Of a DNA stretch of 64,000 nucleotides, positions 39,628 through 49,099 are shown piece after piece. The translations under genes were made by a program, and so were the position numbers. The DNA is from a virus: positions 1-64,000 of IMG/VR virus record IMGVR_UViG_3300020159_002453; one strand, given 5' to 3'. The notes beneath the pieces were generated by a model, which saw only the letters and a list, made by a program, of their open reading frames with translations, had not been told where the DNA came from and did no database searches. How positions within the stretch are numbered: position 1 is the stretch's first letter; every line of letters begins with the position of its first letter.

Positions 39628-40639
39628 TTTTAATTTGTGAAAATTGTAAGAGACCTGACATGCCTTTATAAGTGTGTTTAACTATAAACTCCCATCTGAT
39701 CTCGTCTTTATTAAGATGTACACAAAGATCATTTAAGTCTTTAAATTTAATAAGTTCTTTAGGCCAAATAAACACGCTCTCTCCTTTATTAAGAAGTTCT
39801 CTAGTGACGGTATAAGCAGTTTTATCTACCCATTGGTTGTCCAATGTGTATATTACATTATGCATTGGAAACAATGTATTAATACGGTCTAATTGATCTT
39901 GAGTGGGTTGAATACCGGCAAGAGCTACACTATTGCGTAAAAACATCGCATCAATCGGTCCTTCTTGTAAGAATATGTAATCAATATCGTGAGTCACCTT
40001 GTCTATATTAAAAATACCCTTATCTGAGTTACTTTTAGATAGATACTTGGCAATGTCTTCATCAGCCCTATAAAGAGCACGGGATTGATAGAACTCAACC
40101 TTAGCTCCCCCATTAGGGCTATAAAACGGAAACACAACTCTATTCTTATGAGTATAATCGGTTAGACTCAACCACAATGCCTTTGGTTTATTAACGGATG
40201 TATCCAGACGTCTCTTTCTTATAAACTCAAGTGCATCCTTAACCACAGGGGTGTCTTTATAAAACGAGACTTGATTGTTATCAAATAGATTAATACTATC
40301 TTCAGGTAGACTCTTAGGATTAACCTTTTTATAGTGAGAAGTCTGTTTGATAATGTCTTCCACAGTAGAAGTATGCACTTCAGACTCTACCATTATCTCT
40401 CCTAAAGACATCCCGGTCTGATCTTTAATAAAGTCAATGCCGTTCTTACTCGCGTTACAGTTATGGCAATACAAGTGGTCTTCATCTGGCATATAAAAGA
40501 ACCGACGCTTTTTACCAGCACTCTTGCCCTCATGGCAGTACGGGCACTCAGCCCCGTACGTACCTGCATTCTTTTTAAATGTAGGTCGTTTGCAGTATTG
40601 AAAAAATACTTGTATAACTAAGTTTTGAGTTATTGCCAC
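39617..40639 (-). CDS. DNA primase, T4 gp61-like (GTG start inferred; ORF open to 40681)
   Basis: CPYC...CHNC zinc finger, RVVFPF, EGPIDAMF, LDN, KDLND TOPRIM motifs. Confidence 0.92.
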   Translation of the reverse strand: MAITQNLVIQVFFQYCKRPTFKKNAGTYGAECPYCHEGKSAGKKRRFFYMPDEDHLYCHNCNASKNGIDFIKDQTGMSLGEIMVESEVHTSTVEDIIKQTSHYKKVNPKSLPEDSINLFDNNQVSFYKDTPVVKDALEFIRKRRLDTSVNKPKALWLSLTDYTHKNRVVFPFYSPNGGAKVEFYQSRALYRADEDIAKYLSKSNSDKGIFNIDKVTHDIDYIFLQEGPIDAMFLRNSVALAGIQPTQDQLDRINTLFPMHNVIYTLDNQWVDKTAYTVTRELLNKGESVFIWPKELIKFKDLNDLCVHLNKDEIRWEFIVKHTYKGMSGLLQFSQIKNAN

Positions 40640-40658
40640 AGATGAGTAACTATAGTAT

Positions 40659-41114
40659 ATGTGTGCTTCTAAAAATAACAAGTATCTTCAAGGTCTTTAT
40701 AACCCTGTTAATAAAGACAAATACAAAGGAAATACTAACCCTTCGTATCGCTCGTCTTTAGAAAGAAAGTTCTTTTATTTTTTTGATAATAATCCTAATG
40801 TGATTGCGTGGGCGAGTGAATCAATAGTGGTACCGTATTATAACAGCGTTGACAACAAGGTACATAGATATTATGTCGATTTAATAGCAGCCATTAAAGG
40901 AGACAATGGAGAGATACAAAAGTATCTTATTGAATTAAAGCCGCACAGTCAAACACAGCCCCCAATACAGTCCAATAAAAAGAAATCGAGTACAGTTCTT
41001 TATGAGAACTTAATGTACCATCAAAATCAGTGCAAATGGAAAGCCGCAACTGAATATGCGGCTAAACAAGGAATGAAGTTTGTAGTGTTAACTGAAAAGT
41101 ATTTAAACTCTTAG
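40659..41114 (+). CDS. Head completion nuclease, T4 gp4-like
   Basis: QG.Y.P.N..KYKG, YRSSLE, WASE, HRYYVD, IELKP, KW.AA, LTE. Confidence 0.93.
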   Translation: MCASKNNKYLQGLYNPVNKDKYKGNTNPSYRSSLERKFFYFFDNNPNVIAWASESIVVPYYNSVDNKVHRYYVDLIAAIKGDNGEIQKYLIELKPHSQTQPPIQSNKKKSSTVLYENLMYHQNQCKWKAATEYAAKQGMKFVVLTEKYLNS

Positions 41115-41812
41115 TTTCGCTCTACTTGCTCTGGCTCGTCGTCTGTATCATCGTAAGCTTTTTTCTTCATTGTACTTACATAGTGTGAAACGTGCGGGTC
41201 AATCTCAATATCTTCTTCGTCAGAACCTAAATCTCTACCAACTACATCGTCTGTCTTACTTTTACGAGCTAAATACGCATCCCGTTGGGCACGTGGCATC
41301 ATCATAAATTTACGAAGTTTAGCAAATTTACCTGTCTTTTCTGAATCGATATCAGCTACTGAAGGTTCCATTGGAACTGAAATTCCTTCTTCTCCTTTAG
41401 CAATACTAATCATTTTCATCACATCTGTGGGGGTTGTAACGTAACCGGTTTTAATACCGACTGGACCAGAATTGAGAGATTTAAGATGAGCAACAACATC
41501 TTCCGGGGAAGCATCGGGGTTTGTGGCAATAAAGTCGTCAATAGCTGCTTGAGTCTTGGCAACACCCCGTCCAACCGGTCCTGCTACAGATCCATCAGTG
41601 TCAACTGGATCAGCATCCGGTGCAGAACTTCGAGTGGCGGCTGTAGGTGTAGAACCACCCTTTCTTAACATTGCGTAATATTGGGCACCAGTCTTGCCTG
41701 GGTTGGCTGCAAGCCATGCAGCGCGGGCACCTGGTGCACGTCCTTCAACGTCAAGTTGTACAGGCGCTGAAAGAGACTCATTAATTTTGTTAGCTAGCTT
41801 ATCGAAGTTCAT
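41111..41812 (-). CDS. Hypothetical protein, probable internal head protein
   Basis: MNFDKLANKINES N-terminus; low complexity; TAAGTA at 41827-41832. Confidence 0.5.
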   Translation of the reverse strand: MNFDKLANKINESLSAPVQLDVEGRAPGARAAWLAANPGKTGAQYYAMLRKGGSTPTAATRSSAPDADPVDTDGSVAGPVGRGVAKTQAAIDDFIATNPDASPEDVVAHLKSLNSGPVGIKTGYVTTPTDVMKMISIAKGEEGISVPMEPSVADIDSEKTGKFAKLRKFMMMPRAQRDAYLARKSKTDDVVGRDLGSDEEDIEIDPHVSHYVSTMKKKAYDDTDDEPEQVERN

Positions 41813-41838
41813 AAATGTATTATCTATACTTACATAAA

Positions 41839-42519
41839 TTAAGTCAAGTTTTTTCTTAAAAATTCTTGTTGTACGTGATCGGATATGAGTGAGTCGCTTT
41901 CCCCGTAAAACTCTCCTTTATCATTAATATACATACTCAGTAAAGCTAGACGCTCTTGACGACTACCATACAATGGTATAAAAGCCGGGCAATCATCAGT
42001 ATCAAAGAAACGAGAGCCAGTCTTTTCCCATGCTTTATAAATACCTTCAAATAAATGCCCGATTTCTGAACGATATAGCGGGTCAATATCCCTATTGGTC
42101 TTTGCTGTTAAAAGTACGTCGTTTTCAGCGCAAAACGGAATATAAAATATAACCGAGTAGAATTTAATAGAATTACGAACTAAGCTTACTGTTTTATCAA
42201 TAAAAGCTTCATCTACGTTCGAAGTACCTTTGTCAAACAGCCACAACGAATACACCAAGTTATCAATTGGTGTGCGATCGTAAATGATTTTTTTCTTACC
42301 AACACTTTCCATTGCCTCATCTACAAGAAAATTAAGGATAGCCTCTTGAGACTCCTTAGTGCCTTCTTTGTTAATCGGAAGGTTTTTTTCTTTAATTAAA
42401 TCTCTGTAAGACTTATTAGGAGATGAAAACATTGGCCACTTGTCTTTCATATCCTGAATAAGAGTAGACTTACCAACACACTGAGTACCGATAATACCGA
42501 TTTTATTAAGCTTTTCCAT
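41839..42519 (-). CDS. P-loop nucleotide/nucleoside kinase-like protein
   Basis: GTQCVGKST, YDRTPID; downstream of queD-queE. Confidence 0.75.
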   Translation of the reverse strand: MEKLNKIGIIGTQCVGKSTLIQDMKDKWPMFSSPNKSYRDLIKEKNLPINKEGTKESQEAILNFLVDEAMESVGKKKIIYDRTPIDNLVYSLWLFDKGTSNVDEAFIDKTVSLVRNSIKFYSVIFYIPFCAENDVLLTAKTNRDIDPLYRSEIGHLFEGIYKAWEKTGSRFFDTDDCPAFIPLYGSRQERLALLSMYINDKGEFYGESDSLISDHVQQEFLRKNLT

Positions 42520-42746
42520 TATGGTGTAGACTTAGGTTCATCAGTGTCGTTATCAACGTAATCAAGATGAGCATTCTCAGGTGGAAAATACCCAATACCT
42601 TTCATGAAAAGATTAAACTCTTCTAGCAATTCAGATATAGTTATATCCCCAGGCAATTCAACTATAAGTTTCCGTGGAGTGCCGGAGGGACCCGCAAAGA
42701 TATCAGTGTACTCGTTTTCGTAGATTAATGTAATTTTTTGTTTCAT
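42519..42746 (-). CDS. Hypothetical protein
   Basis: Operon context; ELLEEF..FMKGIGY. Confidence 0.6.
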   Translation of the reverse strand: MKQKITLIYENEYTDIFAGPSGTPRKLIVELPGDITISELLEEFNLFMKGIGYFPPENAHLDYVDNDTDEPKSTP

Positions 42747-42754
42747 ATTTTTAA

Positions 42755-43564
42755 TTAAACCTTAAGTGCTCGATCCCAAACTTGTAAATGCATTCTATTA
42801 GAGAATTTAAGGTTATACTTCTTACAGATATCAGCTACAGCAGGACCAATCTTAATAAGTTCATCTCTAGAGCCGCACATTGGCATAATCCAGATTAGCT
42901 CTTCTGGAAGATTAATCTCTGGGTTGTTTACAAACTTTTCATACATTTCATCTAGATCTGATTCCTGTTTAGCAACAAACTTAAAGCATGCTTTGTGCTT
43001 GATAAGGTAACGAATAACTTCTGGTTTAAAACGCTTGTCTTCCGGGTCACCGTTAACAGAAAGCTTAGGAGAAGTGGTATAGGTTACTTCGCAGCCAGTT
43101 GTCAGCCAACCTGGGTCAGGTAAAATAGTACCATTAGTTTCAAAGTCTATATTTAAAGTTGGTCCGAGCGGTTTATCGACAGAAGTGTCAAGTGCCTTGC
43201 TATAATCAACAAAGCCCCAGCGGTCTCTAATAAAGTGCACAAACTCCAAGAGGTTTTTTTGCTGAATAAAGGGCTCTCCGCCGGTAAGCTTGAGAAGGGC
43301 ACCCTCCTTAAGACGACTATGATAATCGTTCTTTTCAAAGTATTGGGCAATCTCTTCGAATGTCATTTTGTTCTTCTTAGACCAAGAAACGTAGCTATCA
43401 CAGCCAAACGGTGCGTCTGGGCTCTTGAATCCAATACAAGTAAGATTGCACATTGACAATCTCATAAACACCGATGGATAACCAATATATTTACCTTCGC
43501 CCTCTAGGGTATAAAATACAAAGTCGTCACTTAAAAAAAGGGTCTTATTTGAATCAATAGTCAT
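42755..43564 (-). CDS. queE: 7-carboxy-7-deazaguanine synthase (radical SAM)
   Basis: FYTLEGEG..IG.PSVFMRL..CNLTC...CDS, TGGEP, ETNG, SPKL, RMH. Confidence 0.92.
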   Translation of the reverse strand: MTIDSNKTLFLSDDFVFYTLEGEGKYIGYPSVFMRLSMCNLTCIGFKSPDAPFGCDSYVSWSKKNKMTFEEIAQYFEKNDYHSRLKEGALLKLTGGEPFIQQKNLLEFVHFIRDRWGFVDYSKALDTSVDKPLGPTLNIDFETNGTILPDPGWLTTGCEVTYTTSPKLSVNGDPEDKRFKPEVIRYLIKHKACFKFVAKQESDLDEMYEKFVNNPEINLPEELIWIMPMCGSRDELIKIGPAVADICKKYNLKFSNRMHLQVWDRALKV

Positions 43565-43618
43565 ATGTTATTATACGCTGTTAAATTAGCTTTTCCAGAC
43601 GTGATCAGGGGAAGTCTT

Positions 43619-44065
43619 TTAAATCCTTTCATAAATTGCACTATTTCCTTCGTGTTCCCACACTTCTACCCTCTGTACCCAGCAACGGCCTTGAGTGATA
43701 TCGTTGATGTACTCATCTGCTGTACTAAAACAATAGTTTGCAAAGCGCTCAATACCTACTCCTTCAGGCATTACCACAAGTTCAATCATCTTACGCTTTT
43801 CAAGTTCCTTAAACATATCAAGATCCGGATCAACACCTGATACTACAGTCTTATGGTCGAACGTCTCTTCAAGGATAGTCTTAAGACCTTTAAGTGCACC
43901 AAAGTCGACTACCCAACTGTTGTTATCAAGTACATTACAAGTAAACCAAAACTTAGCTTGTAAACGGTAGCCGTGAATAAACCGGCAATGACTTTCAGCA
44001 AATGGCTGTCTAAATGCACAAGAACCAAGCGGAATAACTTTAGTGGAAACGTATCTATTGCTCAT
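43619..44065 (-). CDS. queD: 6-carboxytetrahydropterin synthase (phage-type)
   Basis: HC..IHGY, VVDFG, FDHK, VEVWE; adjacent to queE. Confidence 0.85.
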   Translation of the reverse strand: MSNRYVSTKVIPLGSCAFRQPFAESHCRFIHGYRLQAKFWFTCNVLDNNSWVVDFGALKGLKTILEETFDHKTVVSGVDPDLDMFKELEKRKMIELVVMPEGVGIERFANYCFSTADEYINDITQGRCWVQRVEVWEHEGNSAIYERI

Positions 44066-44102
44066 AATGGTATAATACCGTATAAGCTTTTTTTTTCAAC
44101 CG

Positions 44103-44459
44103 CTATTGTGCAAGTTTGTGAACATTTTTATTAATCCAGTCGTGAAGTACATCCTCGTTTATATCCCTTGGGCTACACAACATTGCATTATTTTCATCAA
44201 CGTCGTTGTCAAAAAGATTCTTTTGTAAAGTCCTTTTTTCGTCTATGTTGTCAATACTAAAGTAAATTTTTGCTCTTTTGTCTTTAACTAAAACACTACC
44301 AGCTAATATAGCATGCATACAATCGACTTCTTTGTATGTGCCGAGTTTGTACTCACTTAAAACAGTAATAAATTCTTTTCGGTTTCGATTAGTTTTAAAA
44401 AAAACAAATAATGGAACATCGTCGCTACTATAAATTTTGTTGCGATACTTTATATTCAC
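44103..44459 (-). CDS. Hypothetical protein (late)
   Basis: ORF with TAAGTA at 44468-44473 on minus strand. Confidence 0.55.
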   Translation of the reverse strand: MNIKYRNKIYSSDDVPLFVFFKTNRNRKEFITVLSEYKLGTYKEVDCMHAILAGSVLVKDKRAKIYFSIDNIDEKRTLQKNLFDNDVDENNAMLCSPRDINEDVLHDWINKNVHKLAQ

Positions 44460-44493
44460 TTTTTAATTACTTATTTAGGGGTAAGTAATAATA

Positions 44494-45147
44494 ATGCAAT
44501 CGAAGATAAGAAATACAAAATTAGTAAGTACTAAAGAAGCGATAGACACCCCACCCCCTATTACCTTTAACATACCACCCCCACCCCCTGCACATGCGCA
44601 GCATGTTGATCCGTCGTCTTCGACCGCGGCCCGTGGGAGCTTTAAAAATTTCTATCACAGTAATATATCCTCGTTCAATGCAGATTCTTCTTTTATACAT
44701 AAAGCTGCAAACTACATAAAAAAGAACGAAGGTGTCCGTAACAAACTTTACAAAGACAGCAAGGGGCTATGGACCATAGGGATAGGTCATTTAGTTAAGC
44801 CTGAAGAAATGATATTGTTTAAAGGTAAAACCCTTTCAGATAAACAAGTTGAAGATTTATTTAAAAAGGATGTTGATCAAAAAATGTCTTTAATACGAAA
44901 ACATTTTGGTAGTACCTTTAATAGTTTTCCAGAAGCTGTTAAAATTGCAGTATTAGATGGCTACTTTAGGGGGGATTTATCTGGGTCTCCAAATGCAAGA
45001 AATCTACTTAAAGCTGGTAAATTTAGTTTAGCAGCAAAAGAGTACCTCAACAACAAGGAGTACAGACAAGCTGTATTAACAGGGTCGGGTGTTGCATCGC
45101 GTATGCAACGTAATGCAGAATTGTTTAAATCAGCTGAAAAGTCTTAA
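44494..45147 (+). CDS. Phage lysozyme (GH24-like) with Pro-rich N-terminal extension
   Basis: NEG....YKDSKGLWTIGIGHL (E-x8-D-x5-T catalytic spacing); TAAGTA at 44482-44487. Confidence 0.85.
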   Translation: MQSKIRNTKLVSTKEAIDTPPPITFNIPPPPPAHAQHVDPSSSTAARGSFKNFYHSNISSFNADSSFIHKAANYIKKNEGVRNKLYKDSKGLWTIGIGHLVKPEEMILFKGKTLSDKQVEDLFKKDVDQKMSLIRKHFGSTFNSFPEAVKIAVLDGYFRGDLSGSPNARNLLKAGKFSLAAKEYLNNKEYRQAVLTGSGVASRMQRNAELFKSAEKS

Positions 45148-45470
45148 AGGCCCTCTACGAGATTGCGAATGCGTTCAGCAACTTCATTGGCATTTTCAGT
45201 AGTGACCTGGGTTTCAAAAATTGCTTTGTCAACTTCAGATAATTGATCCGGATTCACAGATAAAGCTTTTAGTGCTAACTCTACTAAGAACTTTTTGCCT
45301 TCTGAACTTAAAACCGGGGCTTCGGCTGGAGCAGGGGGGGCAGGAGGCTCAGCTGGTTCAGGGGCAGTAGCGCCACCATCTTGTGGCATCGCAGCAGGCG
45401 CGGGTATAGCATCCGCCTCTAAAAGAATGTTAGAGTAAATATTGTTTACTAACTTATTAAATTTGCTCAT
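45144..45470 (-). CDS. Hypothetical protein, probable internal head protein
   Basis: MSKFNKLV...ILLEA followed by Pro/Ala linker. Confidence 0.55.
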   Translation of the reverse strand: MSKFNKLVNNIYSNILLEADAIPAPAAMPQDGGATAPEPAEPPAPPAPAEAPVLSSEGKKFLVELALKALSVNPDQLSEVDKAIFETQVTTENANEVAERIRNLVEGL

Positions 45471-45476
45471 TTGAAA

Positions 45477-45812
45477 TTAGTTGGCTGTTGGAGTTCCTGT
45501 ACCAGTACCAGTACCAGTTGTTTGCGCTGGTAGTATACCTTTTTTAAGTTTTTCAATTTCGTTTTGATGATACGCTTGCATAGCTTTAATTACCTGCTGA
45601 TCAGCAGTAGCCTTAGCTTTATTGGCTTTATCTGCCATAGCCTGGGCTTGTAAAGCCTTAGGATCTAATTGTTGCTGTTGACCAGCGACTGGTTGGGTTG
45701 GTTGTGCACCCATTGCAGTAGTTGGGGTTGCGCCAGCCGGTGTCGGAAGGGCTTCTTTGAGAGCCTTTAAGAATTTGCTTTTAGCGTTAACTTTATCGTG
45801 TACTGACTCCAT
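45477..45812 (-). CDS. Hypothetical low-complexity protein, probable internal head protein
   Basis: SKFLKALKEA, Q/T/G-rich; TAAATA at 45820-45825. Confidence 0.5.
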   Translation of the reverse strand: MESVHDKVNAKSKFLKALKEALPTPAGATPTTAMGAQPTQPVAGQQQQLDPKALQAQAMADKANKAKATADQQVIKAMQAYHQNEIEKLKKGILPAQTTGTGTGTGTPTAN

Positions 45813-45856
45813 TTGTGTATATTTACTACGTTACAACAAATTTATAAGGTTAATAG

Positions 45857-45885
45857 TTGATTTATTTAAATCCGAACTATATAAT
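45857..45885 (+). promoter_or_regulatory. Sigma70-type promoter with no downstream plus-strand ORF
   Basis: TTGATT-N17-TATAAT. Confidence 0.65.
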
Positions 45886-46037
45886 ATACAGGGGGGAGAA
45901 AGAAATACTCTATACATATTCCCAGGTGAATAAGTATTGTTGTTTTAAGATTCGGGTGTTTCTTTGTAGCCTTTTTAATAGGTTCGCTTCGCTCACCTAA
46001 TATATTATATATATTATATATCTCGCTGGGGATATAT
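45857..46037. other. Candidate replication origin / structured non-coding element
   Basis: Promoter, G6 run, TAGGT-GA-GCGAAGC-GA-ACCTA hairpin (minus strand, 45979-45999), AT-only tract, second hairpin 46016-46037. Confidence 0.45.
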
Positions 46038-46498
46038 CAAATAGGGAAGGTGAGTTTGATTTGATATTTGTCTAGAAAAGCTTTTACTTTTCGAGCCGTA
46101 AACTTGCTAAAGTCGAAATTAAAGCGGTATTCTTTTATCAAAAGGGTCAGCTCATCACAACACCCACTGGTTTGCTCTAGACAATTAAAATCAAGGGTGT
46201 TTGTATAAACTATTACTGGAAACGTTTTGCGTATTTTTTCGAGTACTTTTAAAAACCGGAAACCTATAGAGGTGTTTGAATTAATATAAAATACAACGTT
46301 TTTACGGTTATCACTATCTTTAAAACAATTAATAAGACGACTCAAAGTATGATACAAGTATAATTTGTCAGCATCTTTGTCTTTAATCTCAAAACCGTAT
46401 ATTTCAACTAAATCGTGAGTGTAGCTTTTTTCAACATCAGCTGCGAACGTTTCAACATCCACCACCGTCAGTCCAAGTGCTATTTTCTGTACTCTCAT
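46037..46498 (-). CDS. Hypothetical protein
   Basis: ORF overlapping the upstream gene end; weak resemblance to an RNase H/PIN N-terminus only. Confidence 0.5.
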   Translation of the reverse strand: MRVQKIALGLTVVDVETFAADVEKSYTHDLVEIYGFEIKDKDADKLYLYHTLSRLINCFKDSDNRKNVVFYINSNTSIGFRFLKVLEKIRKTFPVIVYTNTLDFNCLEQTSGCCDELTLLIKEYRFNFDFSKFTARKVKAFLDKYQIKLTFPI

Positions 46499-46952
46499 TA
46501 TTTTTTATTATAGCTTGTAACTTAGATTGTTCAAATAGTTTCTTTAACAAAGCATCTGGCGCTCTACCGATTCGGCAATTAATAATACCGTTATAAAATC
46601 CGTCTTTTAAGAGTACATCGTTATCGAACTGTTTTTTAGCTTCATAATAAGCGAGCTCAAACTTACTTTCGCAAAGCCACACTATTTCAAACGTAAACTT
46701 GTCTTTACCTATAGCCTGGATATCGGCATTTAACTCATTGGAAGAGGACATATAAGTCTTCCAATCGGTTTCAATGTCAAAATGGCGTTTATTCTTTTTA
46801 CCTTTTAAAGGTTTAAGCTTTTTAACAGACTTCATCTGCTTTTTGCCAATATACTGTTTACCAGACACAGTATTAGTAATAACGTATATAAAACCGTAAG
46901 GTAAATTATTTTCGTCTATTGTAAGCTTAGTTATCCAATGACCTAAATCCAT
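46452..46952 (-). CDS. GIY-YIG endonuclease-family protein
   Basis: YGFIYVITN...KQYIGKK, DWKTY.SS, FEI, YYE, FYNG.I. Confidence 0.85.
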   Translation of the reverse strand: MDLGHWITKLTIDENNLPYGFIYVITNTVSGKQYIGKKQMKSVKKLKPLKGKKNKRHFDIETDWKTYMSSSNELNADIQAIGKDKFTFEIVWLCESKFELAYYEAKKQFDNDVLLKDGFYNGIINCRIGRAPDALLKKLFEQSKLQAIIKNNESTENSTWTDGGGC

Positions 46953-46964
46953 TAACCCTACTTA

Positions 46965-47204
46965 TTACATTCCTGGAAATGTTCTACGGATTACCTTACC
47001 CTTTTTAAAACCGGGCGGTTTAAACTTTGTTTTTTTCTTCTTAGACGTTCCAAACAAATTACGGCTATCACCTGGTGCATAAAAATCTCCACTTTTACCA
47101 ATTTGGTCGGAATGAGCCTGCCCTGGACCAAAAGCTGCTGAGGTAGTATTGGCCCCGCCCATGTCTTCAAGTAGCTGGTAGTATTTTTTATTAAACAATT
47201 TCAC
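46965..47204 (-). CDS. Small basic hypothetical protein, probable internal head protein
   Basis: MKLFNK.Y.QLLED; DFYAPGD.R; basic C-terminus. Confidence 0.55.
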   Translation of the reverse strand: MKLFNKKYYQLLEDMGGANTTSAAFGPGQAHSDQIGKSGDFYAPGDSRNLFGTSKKKKTKFKPPGFKKGKVIRRTFPGM

Positions 47205-47246
47205 GTTGATAATTATATATTATACATTATACTTATCAGGTTAGCT

Positions 47247-47648
47247 ATGGAATTACCCGATATAGACAATATAATGAAAATTTATCAGGCAGAACTACTG
47301 TCTGATCTTAAAGTTGATGAGTTATCCCTGAAGGATAAAGCCATGCTAGTACCTACCCTAAAGCATAAGTGGGTAGCACGTACTATGACTTGGAAGAGTA
47401 AAATTAAAAGACTTAATGATGCTAAAAAGAAAGCTATGAAAGAGTTTGCTGAAAAGCACTCGGTAGCATTGAGTAAATCTCTTATGGAGCAAGCCGCATT
47501 AAGTGACCCTCGTATTGGTCAAATACATGAAACTATAGACCAAATTGAACTCCTTATTGAGTATCTAGAAAAGATTGAAAAATTAACCGGTACATTGACC
47601 TGGGACTGCAAGAACCTTATAGACTTACAACGTCTTGAAACAACCTGA
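47247..47648 (+). CDS. uvsY: Recombination mediator, UvsY-like
   Basis: DLKVDE, P.LKHKW, YLEKI, WD.KN.ID..RL; directly upstream of uvsW. Confidence 0.75.
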   Translation: MELPDIDNIMKIYQAELLSDLKVDELSLKDKAMLVPTLKHKWVARTMTWKSKIKRLNDAKKKAMKEFAEKHSVALSKSLMEQAALSDPRIGQIHETIDQIELLIEYLEKIEKLTGTLTWDCKNLIDLQRLETT

Positions 47649-49099
47649 TGAGAGTAGAGTTTCAATACGAACCTAAAAAGAAAGAAGTAAAGATTGTTTC
47701 TGATTATCTCAGTAACATTAAGGAACGATTCTCTGTAAAGAATCCAGGGGCTAGATTTAACAAATATGCTCGGTTTATGCCTCAGCGTATGTATGCAATT
47801 ACCCCCACCGGTTATTGCGGTATAGGTCTTGTACCAGAAATTATAAAATATCTTAACGGGCTTGATATACCTTTTGAAATTGTATTAAATGCAGAATTTG
47901 AACAGTTAATTAAAGAATTACAATTTAATACCACCGTCACAGATGCATTACAGAGCGGGGTATATCAGTTAAGAGATTATCAACAAGAAGCTATCACTAA
48001 AGCTTTAAGCCGAGGGTACGGTATAATTGAATTGGCTACGGGTGGTGGAAAGACTTTTATTATAGCTAATTTAATTTACACTATAATGCAAATTATAGAT
48101 AAAAAAGAAAGAGTATTAATTGTAGTGCCTGATATCGGCTTGGTTGAACAAACGTATAAAGATTTTGTAAGTTACAATTTTCCGATGGAAAAGGTAACCA
48201 AGTGGTCAGGTAATAACGAAATTAATACCGATGCACAGGTTATTATTGCCAACATGGGCATTTTACAGAGTGAAAAATCTGACTTAAGCTGGTTTAAAGA
48301 AGTAGGCTTGTTAATTATAGATGAGTGTCATAAGCTCCGTAGAGGTAATAAAGTTAATAAGCTAATTGATAAGATACCAACCTTGAGACGGTTCGGCTTT
48401 ACTGGTACTTTACCGGAAAGTGACATTGATATATGGAACATTAATAATTTTATTGGACCGGTAATTTTTAAAAAGACTACTACCGATCTCAGAGAAGCAG
48501 CAGGTGGAGAGTATATTGCAAATGCCCAGGCTTTAGCAATACATGTCGAATACGGGTTTAAACCTGATTATACTGCTGTATCAGCCGCGCAACGATATTT
48601 AACCGAGTTAGATTTTATTCATAACAATAACTTTAGAAGTAAGGTTATTAAAAATATAGTTAACCGTTTAAACAACAACGTACTTATACTTGTTGATCAT
48701 ATTGCACACGGAACTAATATGTACGATTCCCTCAAAGGTATTGAGGGTAAGCAAGTCTACTTCATACAGGGCAGTGTTGAAATTGAAGAGCGTCGTAGTA
48801 TCCAGGCTTTAATGGAAAGAGACAACAATGTTGTATGTATTGCAATAAGTAAGATTTTCTCCACTGGCATTTCTATAAAAAACATACATTATATCGTGTT
48901 TGCAGCTGGAGGTAAATCTAAGATCAAAACGTTACAATCGATTGGTCGTGGTTTACGCACCCACGAAAATAAGGATGTATTAACGATTATTGATATTGTT
49001 GATGAACTAATTTATGGCAGCAAACATTTTGATAAACGTAAAGAATTCTATGACCTTGAAAAAATTAAAATTCAAAATAAAACCATCACCGAAGCTTAA
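47648..49099 (+). CDS. uvsW: DNA helicase UvsW
   Basis: LRDYQ, ATGGGKT, DECH, GFTGTL, FSTGISIKN, QSIGRGLR. Confidence 0.93.
   Translation: MRVEFQYEPKKKEVKIVSDYLSNIKERFSVKNPGARFNKYARFMPQRMYAITPTGYCGIGLVPEIIKYLNGLDIPFEIVLNAEFEQLIKELQFNTTVTDALQSGVYQLRDYQQEAITKALSRGYGIIELATGGGKTFIIANLIYTIMQIIDKKERVLIVVPDIGLVEQTYKDFVSYNFPMEKVTKWSGNNEINTDAQVIIANMGILQSEKSDLSWFKEVGLLIIDECHKLRRGNKVNKLIDKIPTLRRFGFTGTLPESDIDIWNINNFIGPVIFKKTTTDLREAAGGEYIANAQALAIHVEYGFKPDYTAVSAAQRYLTELDFIHNNNFRSKVIKNIVNRLNNNVLILVDHIAHGTNMYDSLKGIEGKQVYFIQGSVEIEERRSIQALMERDNNVVCIAISKIFSTGISIKNIHYIVFAAGGKSKIKTLQSIGRGLRTHENKDVLTIIDIVDELIYGSKHFDKRKEFYDLEKIKIQNKTITEA

Noticed and set aside
46037-46498. RNase H / 5' exonuclease call
   Set aside because: Too short and lacks the set of catalytic acidic residues.
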